A stretch of DNA of 64,000 bases from Paraspadella gotoi. Taxonomy: Eukaryota; Animalia; Chaetognatha. Shown in pieces: positions 49,335-64,000 of this stretch. The notes below the pieces were generated by a model. That model searched no databases and had not been told where the DNA came from. It saw nothing but the letters and a program-made list of their open reading frames with translations. Position 1 is the first letter of the stretch; each line of letters starts with the position of its first letter. Where the stretch lies: the NCBI GenBank assembly GCA_051294375.1, contig CM119265.1, positions 21,638,278 through 21,702,277 of the forward strand, read 5' to 3'. The position numbers and the translations under genes are program-made.

Positions 49335-52300
49335 TTAGTTTAGTTTCGGAACTCCATTTTCGTCAGTATTAGAATCTTTATTAGTATCTTCTTTTCGTTG
49401 TTTCATCATATCTTTTTCTTTCTCATCATCACCCTTCGGTTCTTTCTGTGCTTCTTGCTCATCTCCGTTTTTTAAATCGCTTTCCCTTCCCGTCTGCTCA
49501 TCATCTTTACTCCCTTTAACATCACCCTTCTGTTCGTTTTTCCCACTTTTCATTGAATTTCCTGTCTTATTATCAACATCTTCCTTTTCCCGGGGCTTGG
49601 CATCTTTTACAGCCTGCTTCGCGATTTCCCTGATCCTTTCATCGTCGTCCATTGTGATTTTCTTCTTATCTTCTCCTCTTCGTTTGTCTTCTTTGTCCAG
49701 TATTTCGCGGTAACGTTCTATCTCTGCGCGAGCGTTTGGGATTTCCACCTCCAGCTGTTGGGGGGAGCAAAAAAAATTTGATATTCTGTTTTATTTTTCA
49801 AGAAATGGCCTAAGGAGTCACCTCTCTTATAAGCTCATCACATTCCAATTTCTTTTTGAGTAGTTCGTCTTTTATCAGTTCTTGCTCCTTGTCGGCTTCA
49901 TCGTCTTTTTCCGCGTCCTTCTTGGATTCGTCCGCCAAGTAAACCAAGAAATCTTGCAGCATTTTGTTCTGAGAAACGAAGCTATTTTTCTTAAAATCAA
50001 TTTCTTAAAATCACTACAGGTGCAAAACCAGTTCACGTCTTTCACTTTTAGTTTCCCCTTGGGGCGAGAATTTAAAAATCTCCTTTTCTGAATAAAAGTG
50101 ATATTGTAAAAAAAATTTTAATAGAAAAGTAGCAATAATGTACATAGTAACTTTCATAGTAATAAATCACCATTTCCTCGAGTTCTTTTATTTCCGCTTG
50201 AGCGTGCTTCGCTTTCTTTTCCAATTCTGGTTTTTCCGTTTCCGCCTTCTTCTGTTGTTCCGTTTCTCTTAGCAGTCGATCCTTTTCCAGTTCTCGATCT
50301 TCCAACCTGAGGGAACATTGTTAAAATCCTAATTATAATCTATTGATGATTACTAATCATCACGAAGGTGGCGGCATAACGGGTTTTCTTACTTATGCCG
50401 TTCAAGAAGCATATCTATGTTTTCCTTCCAGAGACGAGAAATGTCGTATGCGGCCAGTTTAACGTGAGGAAGAATGAGTTCCTCGGGTCCCGGTCGTTCC
50501 CCCAGTTTTTGGTCGACCCATCGTTGAAATTTCTAAAATATAAATAATAAACGTAATTACGTTGAACTTAAGGGCGAAGATTCTTTCTAATGGTTCCATT
50601 CCACGATTGAAAACAACAGGATTATGTATTCACTTCGTCATAGTGGTGTTCAGAGAAAAGTACGAGCTCGCTGTCGGTGCTGTATTTCGCGTAAAGTGAA
50701 CAATTTCGTAAAAGTTCGTCATCTCTGAAATCGCGAGCTTCTTCAACCTCGCGCCTGAAACAAATGATGAGCGGTAATTTGTAATTTGTTATCAATACTG
50801 ACATTATTATGTAAACTCAATGAGAAAAAGGACCCACCTCAGTTGCTCTATTTTTTCCTCGGACTCTTTGACTTCATCTCGGAGCATCTTTTCTCGCTCC
50901 TCGAGAATCATTCCCTTTTCTGTCACTGGAACAATGCTTGGGTTCACCGCCACCAACTGCATGTCGGTATTCGTGGTGTCTCGCTTCTCCCTAGAGAAGA
51001 GTTGTTCAATTTATTGATTACATTTCTTTCGTCTGTTAGTTTTATATAATTTATTTCGTTTGGTTACTGACAAATTCTATTAGATGCATTGAAAGAAATT
51101 TATACAATATATCATATTTAATTTTATTTATATTGTATATGTATCAAAAAACCAAAAAGCTAAAAATAAGAGTCGCCTGAAATAACAGAATCAAATGAGT
51201 TGATTAAACCCGAATAATCGGGGAAATTAGGATTCTCACCGGAGATCGTCGACGTCGTCCTGAGCTTGTTTGAGTTTGCCGTCGGGATTTTTCGTCGAAT
51301 AGTAAATGTTCCTCTTCTCGCACTCTTTCAATAATCGATCTTTCCTTCGCTTACTTATCGCGTGATCAGTCAATTCCATGCGATATCTGCCGGCCAAGTA
51401 GGATATGTTATGGATTATAGATTTGAACTAGAAGTAGAACGATAAATTCCGATCAATTGGTTCCGATCTCTTGGGTTCGATACAATTCTTACTTTTCCTT
51501 TTCTCTTTCGACCAAGTGTTCTACTTTTTTAAGTTCTTCTTTGGCCCACGAGAGGTCGCTCCTCGCTTCGTCGACGGCGAGCTTTTGTTTGGCGACTTCT
51601 TCTTCGAAACTTTTGGGAATAAAGGTGCCCACCTTTGAAAGAATTATAACTACAGTTTGTTGTTATTAAGCCTTACACTAAAGGACAAGTTTTGGAAGTT
51701 CCTTTTTAAAATTTTTATAATCCTTTCTTTAAAATATTTACAATTCCCATTAGAGTCACTGACACTCACCTCAGCAATCTTTTTGAAAAGGTCTTCGATC
51801 TCCCGTCTTTTCTCGAAATTTTCCTCTTCCATTTCCTCGGTGACTTCCTCGAAAATTTCTATGGCTTCTTCTTTTTGCTACAAATGAGCGAAATATAAAA
51901 CAACAGTGAATCCAATGCTTGAGTTAAATATGAAACAGCTAGAAGTTATAAACGCTATTTTTCGTTGTTACTTTATACCATACTAAACCCATTACCCCAC
52001 CGCCCTGTCACATATTACGTACGTCAATCAACATCTCCTTCTTCCTGGCGTATATCTCCCGCTTCTTCGCTTCCATCTCGGGATCGTAATCGAGACCAGG
52101 AAATTTGTTGATCGTCATCTCAGCTTTCTTGCGACGCTGACGCCGCTCCTCCAGAGCCTGGATGGGGACGACGGAAGCGTTAAAAGGACGATGAGTTTGG
52201 TAGGGGTATACGGTAAAGGGGTTCGCTGGGATTGGAGGGTGTCACTTCGGTCACGAGCTGGGGCTTGTCGCAAGAACATCCGACCTATTAAGCGTGGAAG

Positions 52301-52985
52301 TTTGGAAAGAGTGCTGCTATGGACATCAGAGATTATAAAACTGCGGGATTTTTCTTTTTTTATTTCTTCTCTCTCTTCTCTCCTCTCTCTCTCTCTTCTT
52401 CTCTCTCTCTCTCTCTCTCTCTCACACTATTTCCCTTATTTCGATCACCTTGCTTCGTTTGTAGATCTCTCAGTCAGGTCCACCGCCGAGTCTCCTTCGC
52501 CCACGAGAAACGGGTTCGGCGTCGACGGCACCAGCGACGTGGAATCCGAAGAGTCGTCTGCTCGGCAAACAAGAAAAACAAATCAAATGCCATACGTAGA
52601 ATAAACAATACTATTTCGCTTTTTTAAGTGGGCGATAATAAGTAAATCGTATCGAGTAATCGACCTACGTACATTTTTTTTTTCACCACCCGGTTCGTAT
52701 CAGTAGGGAGGGCGTAAGTAAATTAGCTGGTCAATGACCAGTGGTCATAAAGTAGTGATAGTTTAGAAATGGCAATCGGTTAATCGGTAGTTTTACAAAA
52801 GGGTCAGATCTCCGAAAATATCGCAATTATGTATTACTAGATAACGACCTGGGACGAATCGACATATTCTCACCGATTTTCTCGTTTTTATCGTCGGTCT
52901 TGTCGTTGTTGTTGTCGTCGGGTCCAACGCTCTCTTTGGCATCTCCGCCGTCTCCCGCCGTCGTTTCGATGACAGCCTCCGGCAT
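49335..52985 (-). CDS. Uncharacterised multi-exon E/K/R-rich coiled-coil protein
   Basis: Chain of GT-AG-bounded open exons: MPEAVIETTAG.. (52985), ALEERRQRRKKAEM.. (~52024-52158), QKEEAIEIFEE.., VGTFIPKSFEEE.., ..EDRELEKDRLL.., last exon ending at stop 49335. The junction near 52160-52450 is unresolved. Confidence 0.72.
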
Positions 52986-55149
52986 TTTCTCTGGCTAGCG
53001 CTATTCCGACAAAAAAGCTACTGTCCTTATTTCGCAGACGATTTTATTATTTTTTTTTTTTTTTAATTTAATTTCAAGTTTTTATTTTAGGATCGGAGAG
53101 ATTCTAGTTGAACGATCGGCGGCGTCTTCATCGTTGTCGCCGTTTCCCTGAGATGAAGAACCGAATCTTATATTTTTCCAGTTTTCGAATTTCTAATCGC
53201 GACTAAACCTGTTCCGTCAGTCCTGAGCCTCTAAAAACCGCGGGATTCGAACGCCAGGAACGGGATATTTCTATGTTAATTTATATTTTTTCGAATTATG
53301 CTTGAAAGGAAGTAAGATATTTTTTTGTTTCATGCTGGGTGGAACTTCTTGTGTTGGAAGATTGACAAGTGAAGAGATTATAGTTTAAAAGATCAATGAG
53401 TTTAGAGAGATGTTTTTTGATGGTCACTGTAATAAAATTTTATTTCTTTTTAATACACGTATTTTATTTTCTTATTGATAATTTGAAGGATCCGTCTTAG
53501 TAAAACCAGTTAATGTAGAGAAAGTGAGAGAGAGAGAGAGAAATAGAGAGAGAGTGAGAGAGAGAGAGAGAAATAGAGAGAGAGAGAGAAAAAAAAACGT
53601 CTACTCTGGTACGTTCGAATAAGTCGGGTAGGGTTCGTGTGGAAAACAAAGGCACGACATTCCACATTTTATGGAACATGACGTCGTATTTTCCTAGCAG
53701 GAGATTTAAAATAATGATGCATCGAATTCGGTAGATTCGCACTGCCCACCCGCTATGGGAAATTTTTTGAGTCAATGGAGACCAACGGAAACTACTTTTG
53801 AATAGTTTCATCATTTCTTTGGTAGAACCCCGCAAATCTAGGTTTCTTACTCTTACACACAAAATAAATAATTCATATTAAAAACGATGTAGAAATCCAA
53901 AAGTCTATGAGTGCAAGGCTGAAGACTACTTAAAGTTAAAATCGGCTACACACAGGGCAGCACAGCTCGGGGCAGAAAGAAGAAAGAGTGAAAGTCTTTT
54001 GCTTTATTCAAAACAGAAACAAAGTTATACCGAATAACGATATAATAATATAATAATAATATTATTATTATCTCGAAAGAGGAACCTTAATCCAGCATAG
54101 CCTGTCCAAAGTCAGGAACTAGAGAGCTTGTCTATTAAATTAATGCATAATTTTCATATTAGTCGTACTTTGCCTTATAATTAGTACTAAGCCTCATAAT
54201 TTATGGAATTGTGGTCATGCTATCAGAGAGTCCATACTTCATTATTTTAGTTCAAACAGAAGTCGCTTGTAGTGCATACGTTTAAAACTTATCTAATGCA
54301 AGTAAAAAGAAAGTAATTGAAATTATCATAACCACTTAATAAAAAAAACATTTATTAAAAGAACCACCATATTGGTTGACATTATTAAAAAAGTTACAGT
54401 AAATACAATTTTTTTTTTCGTACTCGTGAATGAAAAAGTCAGTTATTGTGGGAAGATTAAATGTCATTTACAAACGGTTTGACTAGTTATTTTCGTTTTT
54501 CGATGCTCGCGTTCGATTTATCCTCTATTTTTGAAAAGAGAAAAACCGTAAAAAAAAAAGGGAAAAAAATCGAGGACAAATTCGGTGAGACGTCATTCTT
54601 AGTTTATCGCAGAAACCCCACTCCAGAAAGGACCGTTGTTTACCAAGGTAATCGATTCGATAACGAAGGTTTTGACTCAAAAAGTAAAAATAATTTGATT
54701 TAGTTCAAAAAATCGTCGGAAGTTATTGGGTAAAATTTTCCGATACCGAAAGGTCCCAATTTTGTAGTTAATTTTTAGTTGTCATTATTATCATCGCATT
54801 GATCGGCGGTGATTGCTCTAAACATGATTATTGTGACAATTATTACTTGCGTCAATTTAGGTCAATCAAATAAACGACAAGAAAAAAAACGTTGCCACGA
54901 AAAAATGTTTCCTAGGGCACTGTCTTTTAAAATCAGCATTAAGCTGCTTATCATGCTGTTTTGCATTGTGATGGCAGAAACCGTTTCTTTGCCGATTGAA
55001 TTATGCTAAATAGGTTAATTCTCTATCCTGTAGGTTTTAAAACAACATTAACTGCGACGCTTTTCGTGAGTTTTATATTCTGCGGGATCAGCATTCGGAA
55101 ACTGGGGACGTCAAATGTCTGACAATTGACTGTTGTGTTTGTTTGCGTG

Positions 55150-55188
<39 letters not shown>

Positions 55189-57013
55189 CCCTAAGGCAAA
55201 ATAAATAAAACGACGCCACGAATCTATTCACCATGACATAAAAGATAACCTTTAGATTACTTTGGCTGGCCGATTTGAAAAAATAATTCAATATGACCTC
55301 TTTTATAAAATTTTCTCAATATTTTTTAGCAAAGTTTTTAAATTTTTTACAACGATTTCAGTTGTAATATAGCAGACATGTTTGGGCTCACAATTTCTTA
55401 ATACTTAAAGATTTTTGCATGACATCAAAAATTAAGTTTTTTGAAACCACAAATATAATAAGTGTAAAAAATTACTTGTGCTCTACTTTAATTTAAAACT
55501 ACCGATACTGTAAATGAATATTATGAGATCAGGCGAGGCTATTATCTGGAATAACTACATCACAACAAAATACTAAAACCTGATTGATTAATCGTGTACT
55601 AACTTGAAAAAGACATAATTGAAAAAGGGGACATCGATATTTTGGAAGAGTTATTTTTATTTTACATTTAGCTTCAAAGAATTCCTGCTCCTCAAGTGCT
55701 ACTAGCACTGCTAGGCACTAAAAAAGAGTACAAGTAGGTTTCATACGCTTTCTATTATTTATAAATCCGATCGAGGGCAAGGAAATTTAAAAATAAATAA
55801 AATAAATAAGTTTTGCAATCAAAATATTTTATTTTCAAAATCAAAACCACAATTACTAAGAAGCCTTGTTGCGAGATTTACTCGACCAAGTGACGTAGTA
55901 ATTAAAAAGAAAAGCCAATAAAAATAACGTTTGAACGTAGTATATGTATAGCTAATCCGGTAGGTAAATCTACCATCTTTGGGAATTTGTTCTGAGCCAG
56001 TTTAACAGGTTTCGGTGGAAAAGGTGAGTAATCTTACAACCATACAGGATATCGGATTCAAGTTTTGTGATTTGGGAAAAATCTCTCGCCGAGAGAAAAA
56101 TGCGGCCATTAAGTATTAGGAGGCCAGAAACTATCATTTATCCTTTGAACATTGCCATCGCAAAATTTTCGAGGTTATATTTGCGGAATTCTTAAGCACT
56201 TTACGTCTTGTAAACGTTTATTCAAAGCAATTAATTCATTTAAAAGGTTTTATTTCAAAATTAAACGATTTCAAATCAACAAAATTCTGGCATTGATGGT
56301 TTTAATAAATGTATTTGTTGTTATACTGTATCCGTATCGTTTATATTTATTTTCAGAATTCGATGAACGCTAGAAGCAACCCCGTTGCCTACGACCCTGA
56401 GAGATCGTTTTACGAATTTCATAACCGACAAGTAAATAAAAAACCGGTTTTAAAAACACTGGAGCACTAATTTACGGAACTCTAAAACCAAATATCCGCT
56501 AAATGATAAACAAAGTAGTAGAGAATAATGTCAAATGGCAAAAGCCGGGATTGGGATGGGGCATCTCACTGTTGCCTTTGGGGGTTTCCGACCCTCAGTG
56601 ACCCTAACTAGGGTGGATGTGAGGCGGTGTGAATATACCGCCAAAGTCACTGTAGATAGACTTGGCTCTCCCGCGTCGCAGGGTAGGAATGGCTCCGTCG
56701 TGAGGGAGGCTCAACTGCATCTGACAAGACTCCCGAACGTCGTATATAACTGGAGATCTCTCAGAAGCTAACAAAATAATAAAAAGGTCGAATCGTAGAA
56801 ATGTAAATAAAATGTAATAAAAATGTAAATCAGACGAAAATCCAGCGTAAATCAAACAGAAATCCAACAAAAATCATACAAAAAATCTCCGAAGAAAATA
56901 ACGGCGTCCGTGGAAAAGTTGTAAAAAATAGTTGATGTTCCAGAGAAAATCGTAAGGAATCGTGTTCAAAGTTGGTTGTTTCTAAAATATGTGATCTAGT
57001 GAATCTGAATATG

Positions 57014-57056
57014 TGAGAGAGAGAGAGAGAGGGAGAGAGAGAGAGAAGAAGAGAGA

Positions 57057-57110
<54 letters not shown>
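57014..57110. repeat. (GA)n microsatellite
   Basis: Direct reading. Confidence 0.9.
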
Positions 57111-57111
<1 letters not shown>

Positions 57112-57416
57112 TCGGGTCAGTCCCTGTCCGGTCGATCGGTCAATCGTCGAAACTGACCGTCTCCGTCGGTCTCGGCCTTTTCTCTTCAGTCACATTCATT
57201 AAAAGATATGATTTTCACATCACAAATGGCTCAAAATGTACATTGTACATTTCATGAAAAATAATCTGCTTTATTATAAACAAACACGTTCTAAATTCTA
57301 ATCAACTATATATTAAAACATTTAAAATTAAATTAAAAGTAGGACACAACCAGGCTGATTGAGTTCAACAGTGCTTTGCTTTCGTCGCTCAAATTACTTG
57401 CAGTTCTTTTCGATAT

Positions 57417-58611
57417 TTATTTGGCGATCGAAAGACCGGGCATCTTGAAAAGAAGCTTCGAGTCATACGGTTTTTGAAGACCCAATCGAGTCGCCAACTC
57501 TCGAGTGAAGTGATTACAGTTTCGTTTGAAAACATTGTAGCGTCTCCAGATTGATTCGCTCTGTAAAGAATAAGAAATTAATGAAAAACAATGAAACCTA
57601 GGCTATAATTCTTGGTTTAATTTCAATTTCAATTTTCATGTCCGTATTTCCAAATAAAATTCGTTGTACCACAATCAAAACTTTGCATTTCTCTATAATT
57701 TGCCGTTTAAAATTTAAATGAATGCTAAAATTGGAGTATATTAATTAATTATTAATTAATTATTATCGCAAGAAGATGCATCTGAAGACTGAACAAATGG
57801 TCTTCGTTGATCTAGACTCCTACCAAACCATCTATTAAACATGTAATATTTCGAATGTAACATAACTGTTAATTAAACATTCATAATTAAACCTTCATTT
57901 GTTTGACAATTTGGTCGTATTCCTCTTTTGTTTTTCTCGTTTTCCCAATCAACTGCTTCTTCCAGAAAGTGTAACTGTTGTTGTTAGGATCGAATCTGCA
58001 ACTTGTTCTCGGAGTTATGATTCCTTCCTTCCATGGAATTAAAGACCTGATCAACATCACTAAGTTTTAATTGATTTCTCCAAAAAATTAATTGTATAGA
58101 TGCTCCCTCTATTTCCAGAAGACAACACTGACTTCCCCTTCCCAAATTGAATTATTAGATAAAACATTTTTAAAAAAGAAAACAATATATGTTTGAATAA
58201 ATAATATAGATTAACTACTAAATCCTTCATAAAAATATTAAAATATTAAAATAGAAAAATAAAAAATAGTGAAACAAGTAATTTGCAAATTTTCATTAAA
58301 CGATTACTTTTTTATTTACCTTTTAATGGTATCTCCACTATTGTAGAAATAATATCGACCAAAGGCCTTTATGCCCGTATGGTAAATATAGACACCCTAG
58401 AGTTGAAAAAAATTGTTTGCATATTTGTTTATTAGACAATATTTTCATTGTTTATATTTACCTTCCACGAGTAGTAAGTAAACAAATAAACCTCGTCACT
58501 ATCTCCAAAACCATCGTCGCAACACGGGCTCTTCTTCTCCTCGTATTTACAGCTGAGGGCGCTGGCGAACAGCGCGGAGGCGAAAAAAGCCAACAGGTAA
58601 ACCGCTTGCAT
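57417..58611 (-). CDS. PPPDE/DeSI-family (permuted papain-fold) peptidase with N-terminal signal peptide, 174 aa
   Basis: Exons 58462-58611, 58320-58396, 57893-58046, 57417-57560 join in frame (525 nt). Catalytic His motif IYHTGIKAFGRYYFY; catalytic Cys motif YNVFKRNCNHFT; leader MQAVYLLAFFASALFASALS. Confidence 0.85.
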
Positions 58612-59879
58612 TCTGCAATATATTTTAAACATTTAGAATTTATTAAATAACTCATGCCATGAATGCGACGAGTAAGATTTTGAGATAATTGTTACAAGAT
58701 AATTCTCAAGTGCCACTCTTTTAACGATAGCACCTACGGAATGAATACTAAAAAGTAATAAAAATAGTTGTAAATCAAACTAGCATTTTGATAATGTATA
58801 AAGAGAGCGAACATCGGGGGAAATGGCTCAGGAAGTAGAACGTTTGCATAGTCAGAGTTTATTGCTCCGTTTGTGCACAGGCTCGCGCGCTTAGTGATGC
58901 AGAAGTTATTCAGAAAAGCAGAAGCGTTTGTGCCTGCGTATTTTCACGGGCATCATAAGCTCGCTTATAAAAAAAAAACTCAAGATGACAATGCCTAAAA
59001 TTTCAATAAGTTTTGTTTAACCACAAATTTAGAAAAGTTGAACCGCCGATAGACTAGAGAGTAGAGAGGCTTATCAACAAACTTAATTTTCTAAAACTGT
59101 TTACGTGGTGTTGAAAATTTTTGAAGTAAAGTATTCTTTCGTTATTTATTGCGTTTTTCTGGGAAGTTCTTGGTCTCATGCAGCTGTTTTTCCTAAGATA
59201 ACGACACTTTATGAAATTTTTTATTATTGTCATTGAGGCCGTGGACAATTATTATACATTACTAGGTATTAGAATTTATAGTGTGGAAGACAATTCGCCG
59301 ACATAGAAAGTTTTATTTTGAGAGACAAAACGGACAAAATTAGCGATGTTCAAGAGTGACGAGAGAGATAATAAAACCGGTCATAAGTAATCAGTATCCA
59401 ACAACCTCTTTTTCTTATTCGTTTTTTATTCCTTTTTAAACATAAAAATGTATAAATGTTTGTATGGACATGCTATTGTTAATCTAACTGCTAAATTTGT
59501 TGTAACAGTTTTTTATACTGCGTATACCTGAATATCCTATCGCCTGGGGAACTAAATTTATCTTTTGAGAAATTAGCAACAGCAGAATGCTAAAAAAAAG
59601 AACTTAAACTTCCTTTTGTTTTTTTATAATTAACGATGAAATCGCTGAATGTCAGCAACAGATAACAATTCTAGGAAAACAAAAGGCCAATTGTTGTTTT
59701 TCTCAACAGCTGCCTTCTTCAGCCAATATATTTTTTACATTAATTTCTTCTAAACTAGCCGGAAAACATTTTTTTTCTCTTTTGTTATAGTTTTGATCCT
59801 GATTTAATATTATATAAACAAGTAGCGGAAAATAATTGTTTTGCAATGGTTCTCCCTTCCGGGAAGTCATAAGACTGCC

Positions 59880-61019
<1,140 letters not shown>

Positions 61020-61316
61020 GATGGTACTTAGATATAATATATAATATCTTAAAAATTATTTTGATATATATATTTTTTTTCAATTGCGTGCAAGATTTAA
61101 ATTTTTGCTAATCGTTTACCTAAAATCAAGGCTTGTGATTTTCATTTTCGAAATTAGTTGATTTCTGTGTTTGTTTTCTAGTGTAAATCTCTGGTTATTA
61201 GAGATCCTCTCCCCAAAAGGATGATCAAAATGGAAAAATGTCCATGTTGGTTACATCCTTAATTTTTAAAATACCACCCCTGTCCACAAACTCCACCCCC
61301 TCTATTCTAAAATAAA

Positions 61317-63660
61317 ATGAAAGTCGCAATGGACGAGAGTCTGGACGTCGCCGAAACGCGGCGAAAACCGACGCCGGATCCGGAACGCTTTCAAACCTCC
61401 GAACCGGATCCCGCCCCTTCCCCTGGGATCCCGGATGTAATAAACGAGGACGGCGAACCTCTCCCAATCGAGAATCTCTCGGACTCTGAATCCTCCTCCG
61501 TCGAATCGATTGGGAGACGCTGGACTTTCGCTGGTGCCTCTTTCTCTCGGCACTGCGCAGTTTCCGGTGGCCTACGACGCTGAAGCCGATGCCGCCGCAT
61601 CTGCGCGACTTTTTGCCGCTGGACGGCGTTGCGGCGGGAGAGGAAATCGCGGGGGAAGATCATGAGAAAATCACGCGTTTGTGCGACAGCGTCAGACATT
61701 CACACTTAAGACGTGGCGGGTAGGGTAGGGTAGGGGAGGGGAGAGGAAAAAGGATGCAGTACAGGGAATAATTGTATTTGTTTTGTTTTCAGGAATTATG
61801 CTCCCTCTTTCGTTTTTCCGTCTTCTCCGACCGTGTCGCTCCCGTCGTTGTTCGCATGGGTCTCTGCGTCCTCTTCGTCGTCGTCTTCCGTTTCATCGTC
61901 GTTTTCATTGACGCTACTTCCAGATGTGGAAAGGACTTTCAGGGAAATCTGCGACCGCGTGGGTCAGAACGTCGTCGATCAGGTCCGCGAAAGAAGACTT
62001 GGCGGTTTTAGCTTGACCAAAGGTTTGACGAGTGATCCATTTTCCTATCAGGTTCCTTCGTACGTGTTTCGAGTCACTTATCCAGCGAATTCCCCCTTGA
62101 GTCGGAAGTTCGAGTCTTTGCTTCCTCGCAACAGTTTCCGTCCGAAAGTCAAGGTCCGTCGAAGCTTTAAAGTTAATAAGTATTGAAAATATATTCAGAA
62201 CAATTAGATTTCATATAAAAATATATGTTTGGCATAGGGATATTTCGTGATATCGGTGATACCCGCCAATGTTTCGTTTTATGACAAAATTAAAAAAAAA
62301 ATTAAGGGATGGGTCTCTTTTTCGGTGCCTTCTCTGTCCAAAACCCGCTCGTTATTTTTAAACCGCAACTTGAAAAAAAAACATTAAACTGCTCGTCTTT
62401 AATCGTCTCGTTGCTGCTGCGAGCAGAGGGAGGCTCGTAATTGTCAAGGCTTATGAATTGTGGATCATAAGTTTAGTTTTTCAAATTTTTTACTTAAGAA
62501 AAGATGTTATTTAAAAAATAACAGGAACCGAGGAAAGTGATAAATTTTGGGCCTAAAATCTTTAATTTTTTTTTAATTTTAACGATTCAGTTTGTTTTTG
62601 TGTGACTAATCACTGATTAGTAATCAGTGCTACGTTTTGTTTAATATTGTTACAATTAGGATTATATTAACAGTATTGGTGATAGGTAATCACTTATCAA
62701 TACTACTATTGTCAATCTTCGTAGGAAACGATGTTGTGTCAGCCTTTCATGGATCTTCCTTGGAAAACTTTTATTCCATCCTTCATTTTGGGCTGAGCGG
62801 TCACATGACCAAGAGAAGTGTCTTCGGAGAAGGAGTTTACCTCGCGGGTATTGAGCTTTTTAGTTTTTTTTTAGTCTACATAATTTTATTTCTTTTACTT
62901 TTTCTTCTTTATTTTTGTTTTATTTTTATCTATTGTAGTTATAATTTGTATAATCTTTTTTGTGCCGTTTCCAAAGGCGATCTGGCGGTGGCCCTTCACT
63001 TTTCCTCTTCGGGTGCCACGTGGCGTCATACGCGTCTCGGCTCATCCCTACGCGTCGTCGCCGTTTGCGACGTCATCAACCGTCGACGTCTCGTTGACGC
63101 CGAACGACGCCGTCGTGACGGCGCGGGCGTCGCCGGGGTGTTCCGCGGCGTCGGAAGCAACGCCGTGCCTTTCAAGTATTTCGTCGTCAAGAATTCTGAC
63201 GCCATTAAACTCAAGTTCCTTCTCGTCTTCGCTTCGAGTCGATGTGACGGTGATTCATTAGTTTTAATCCGATTGACTTAATGATGATTATCCGTTTCCT
63301 TACGTCATTTGTCATTCACAGATTCGCACGGCAGACAATCGCTTTATATGTTTATTAACCTTATTGCTTATGCTTATACATTGAATAATTTCTTTGTTTT
63401 CAGACGCTTCCCTATCGCCGACGATCGCGTCTCTTCGAGGTAAATTACTTTTCTTGGGACTCAATTATAAAATTAATGAACATCATTTTTTTTTATCGTC
63501 GACTATCTTGTTAATATTTTTTTCAGTGCGAATGCGGGTTGCTCATTGGCTGCGACGATACGGGCTTTTGGCGTTTTGCGGTTTTTACCTTTTGTTTCTC
63601 TGCATCATCGGAATGAAGGACAATATTTTTACAACGATGGCGAAATTTTTTAAGCTATGA
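61317..63660 (+). CDS. PARP16: ER tail-anchored mono-ADP-ribosyltransferase PARP16-like
   Basis: LDFRWCLFLSALRSFR..LKPMP N-domain; AFHGSSLENFYSILHFGL; FGEGVYL; KYFVVKN (H-Y-Y triad); C-terminal TM in the last exon ending at 63660. The 5' exon junction is uncertain. Confidence 0.85.
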
Positions 63661-64000
63661 ATAATGTTTGCACAGACAATAAAAGACGGCCCTCAAACAT
63701 GATAGAAAGGCTTTTTGAAAACTAACGACATAAAACGAGTAGAATAGCTTTCGACCGGGGTTAAATCACTCTTTTCTTTTCTTACTTTTCTTCTTTTTTC
63801 TCCGGATTTGTTTTTTTATGCTCCTTTATTTCGTCTTTTTTTTAATTTCGGATTTTACGTCATTCTTCTATAGTCGAAATCATCAAAACTACTATCAAAA
63901 CCAAAAAAAAAAAAAAATCAAAGTTACAGATGATTAGATATTTATTTTTCAATTTTCTAAACCGCCGTGTTGTATTGATTCAACGTCTTCATTCGTTCGT

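Noticed and set aside
56596-56652. 7SK-like GGATGTGAGG start and telomerase-template-like ACCCTAAC
   Set aside because: Matches are too short; no GATC stems, pseudoknot or H/ACA box seen.
58817-58890. tRNA-like 5' half (GGGGAAATGGCTCAGGAAGTAGAAC); also a B-box-like GGGTTCAGGCCC at ~41832
   Set aside because: No complete cloverleaf; at most SINE remnants.

Overview
Eukaryotic (most likely compact invertebrate metazoan) genomic DNA with GC-rich exons, AT-rich introns mostly 50-110 nt long, and many (GA)n/(GAAA)n microsatellites; the taxon cannot be fixed from sequence alone. Positions 1-38119 hold a minus-strand inner-arm axonemal dynein heavy chain (DNAH6-like) that runs off the left edge in AAA6. 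Three genes are nested in its introns: a 4-EF-hand protein (+), a small tail-anchored protein (+) and an intronless ESRP/fusilli splicing regulator (same strand). Walking the dynein introns by hand revealed a hidden alternative-exon layer: two duplicated, apparently mutually exclusive exon pairs (AAA1 post-Walker-B helix; AAA5 small subdomain) and about ten frame-preserving cassette/micro-exon candidates, one inserting a Lys-rich peptide at the MTBD 'flap' position. A splice-tunable dynein hosting its own candidate splicing regulator is the main hypothesis and needs RNA-seq. To the right lie CIBAR/FAM92, a decayed hAT-like transposase, an acidic type II membrane protein, an unknown coiled-coil gene, a signal-peptide-bearing PPPDE/DeSI peptidase, GALT and PARP16. 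All exon models are manual readings; no alignments or searches were run, and comparisons with known proteins are from memory.
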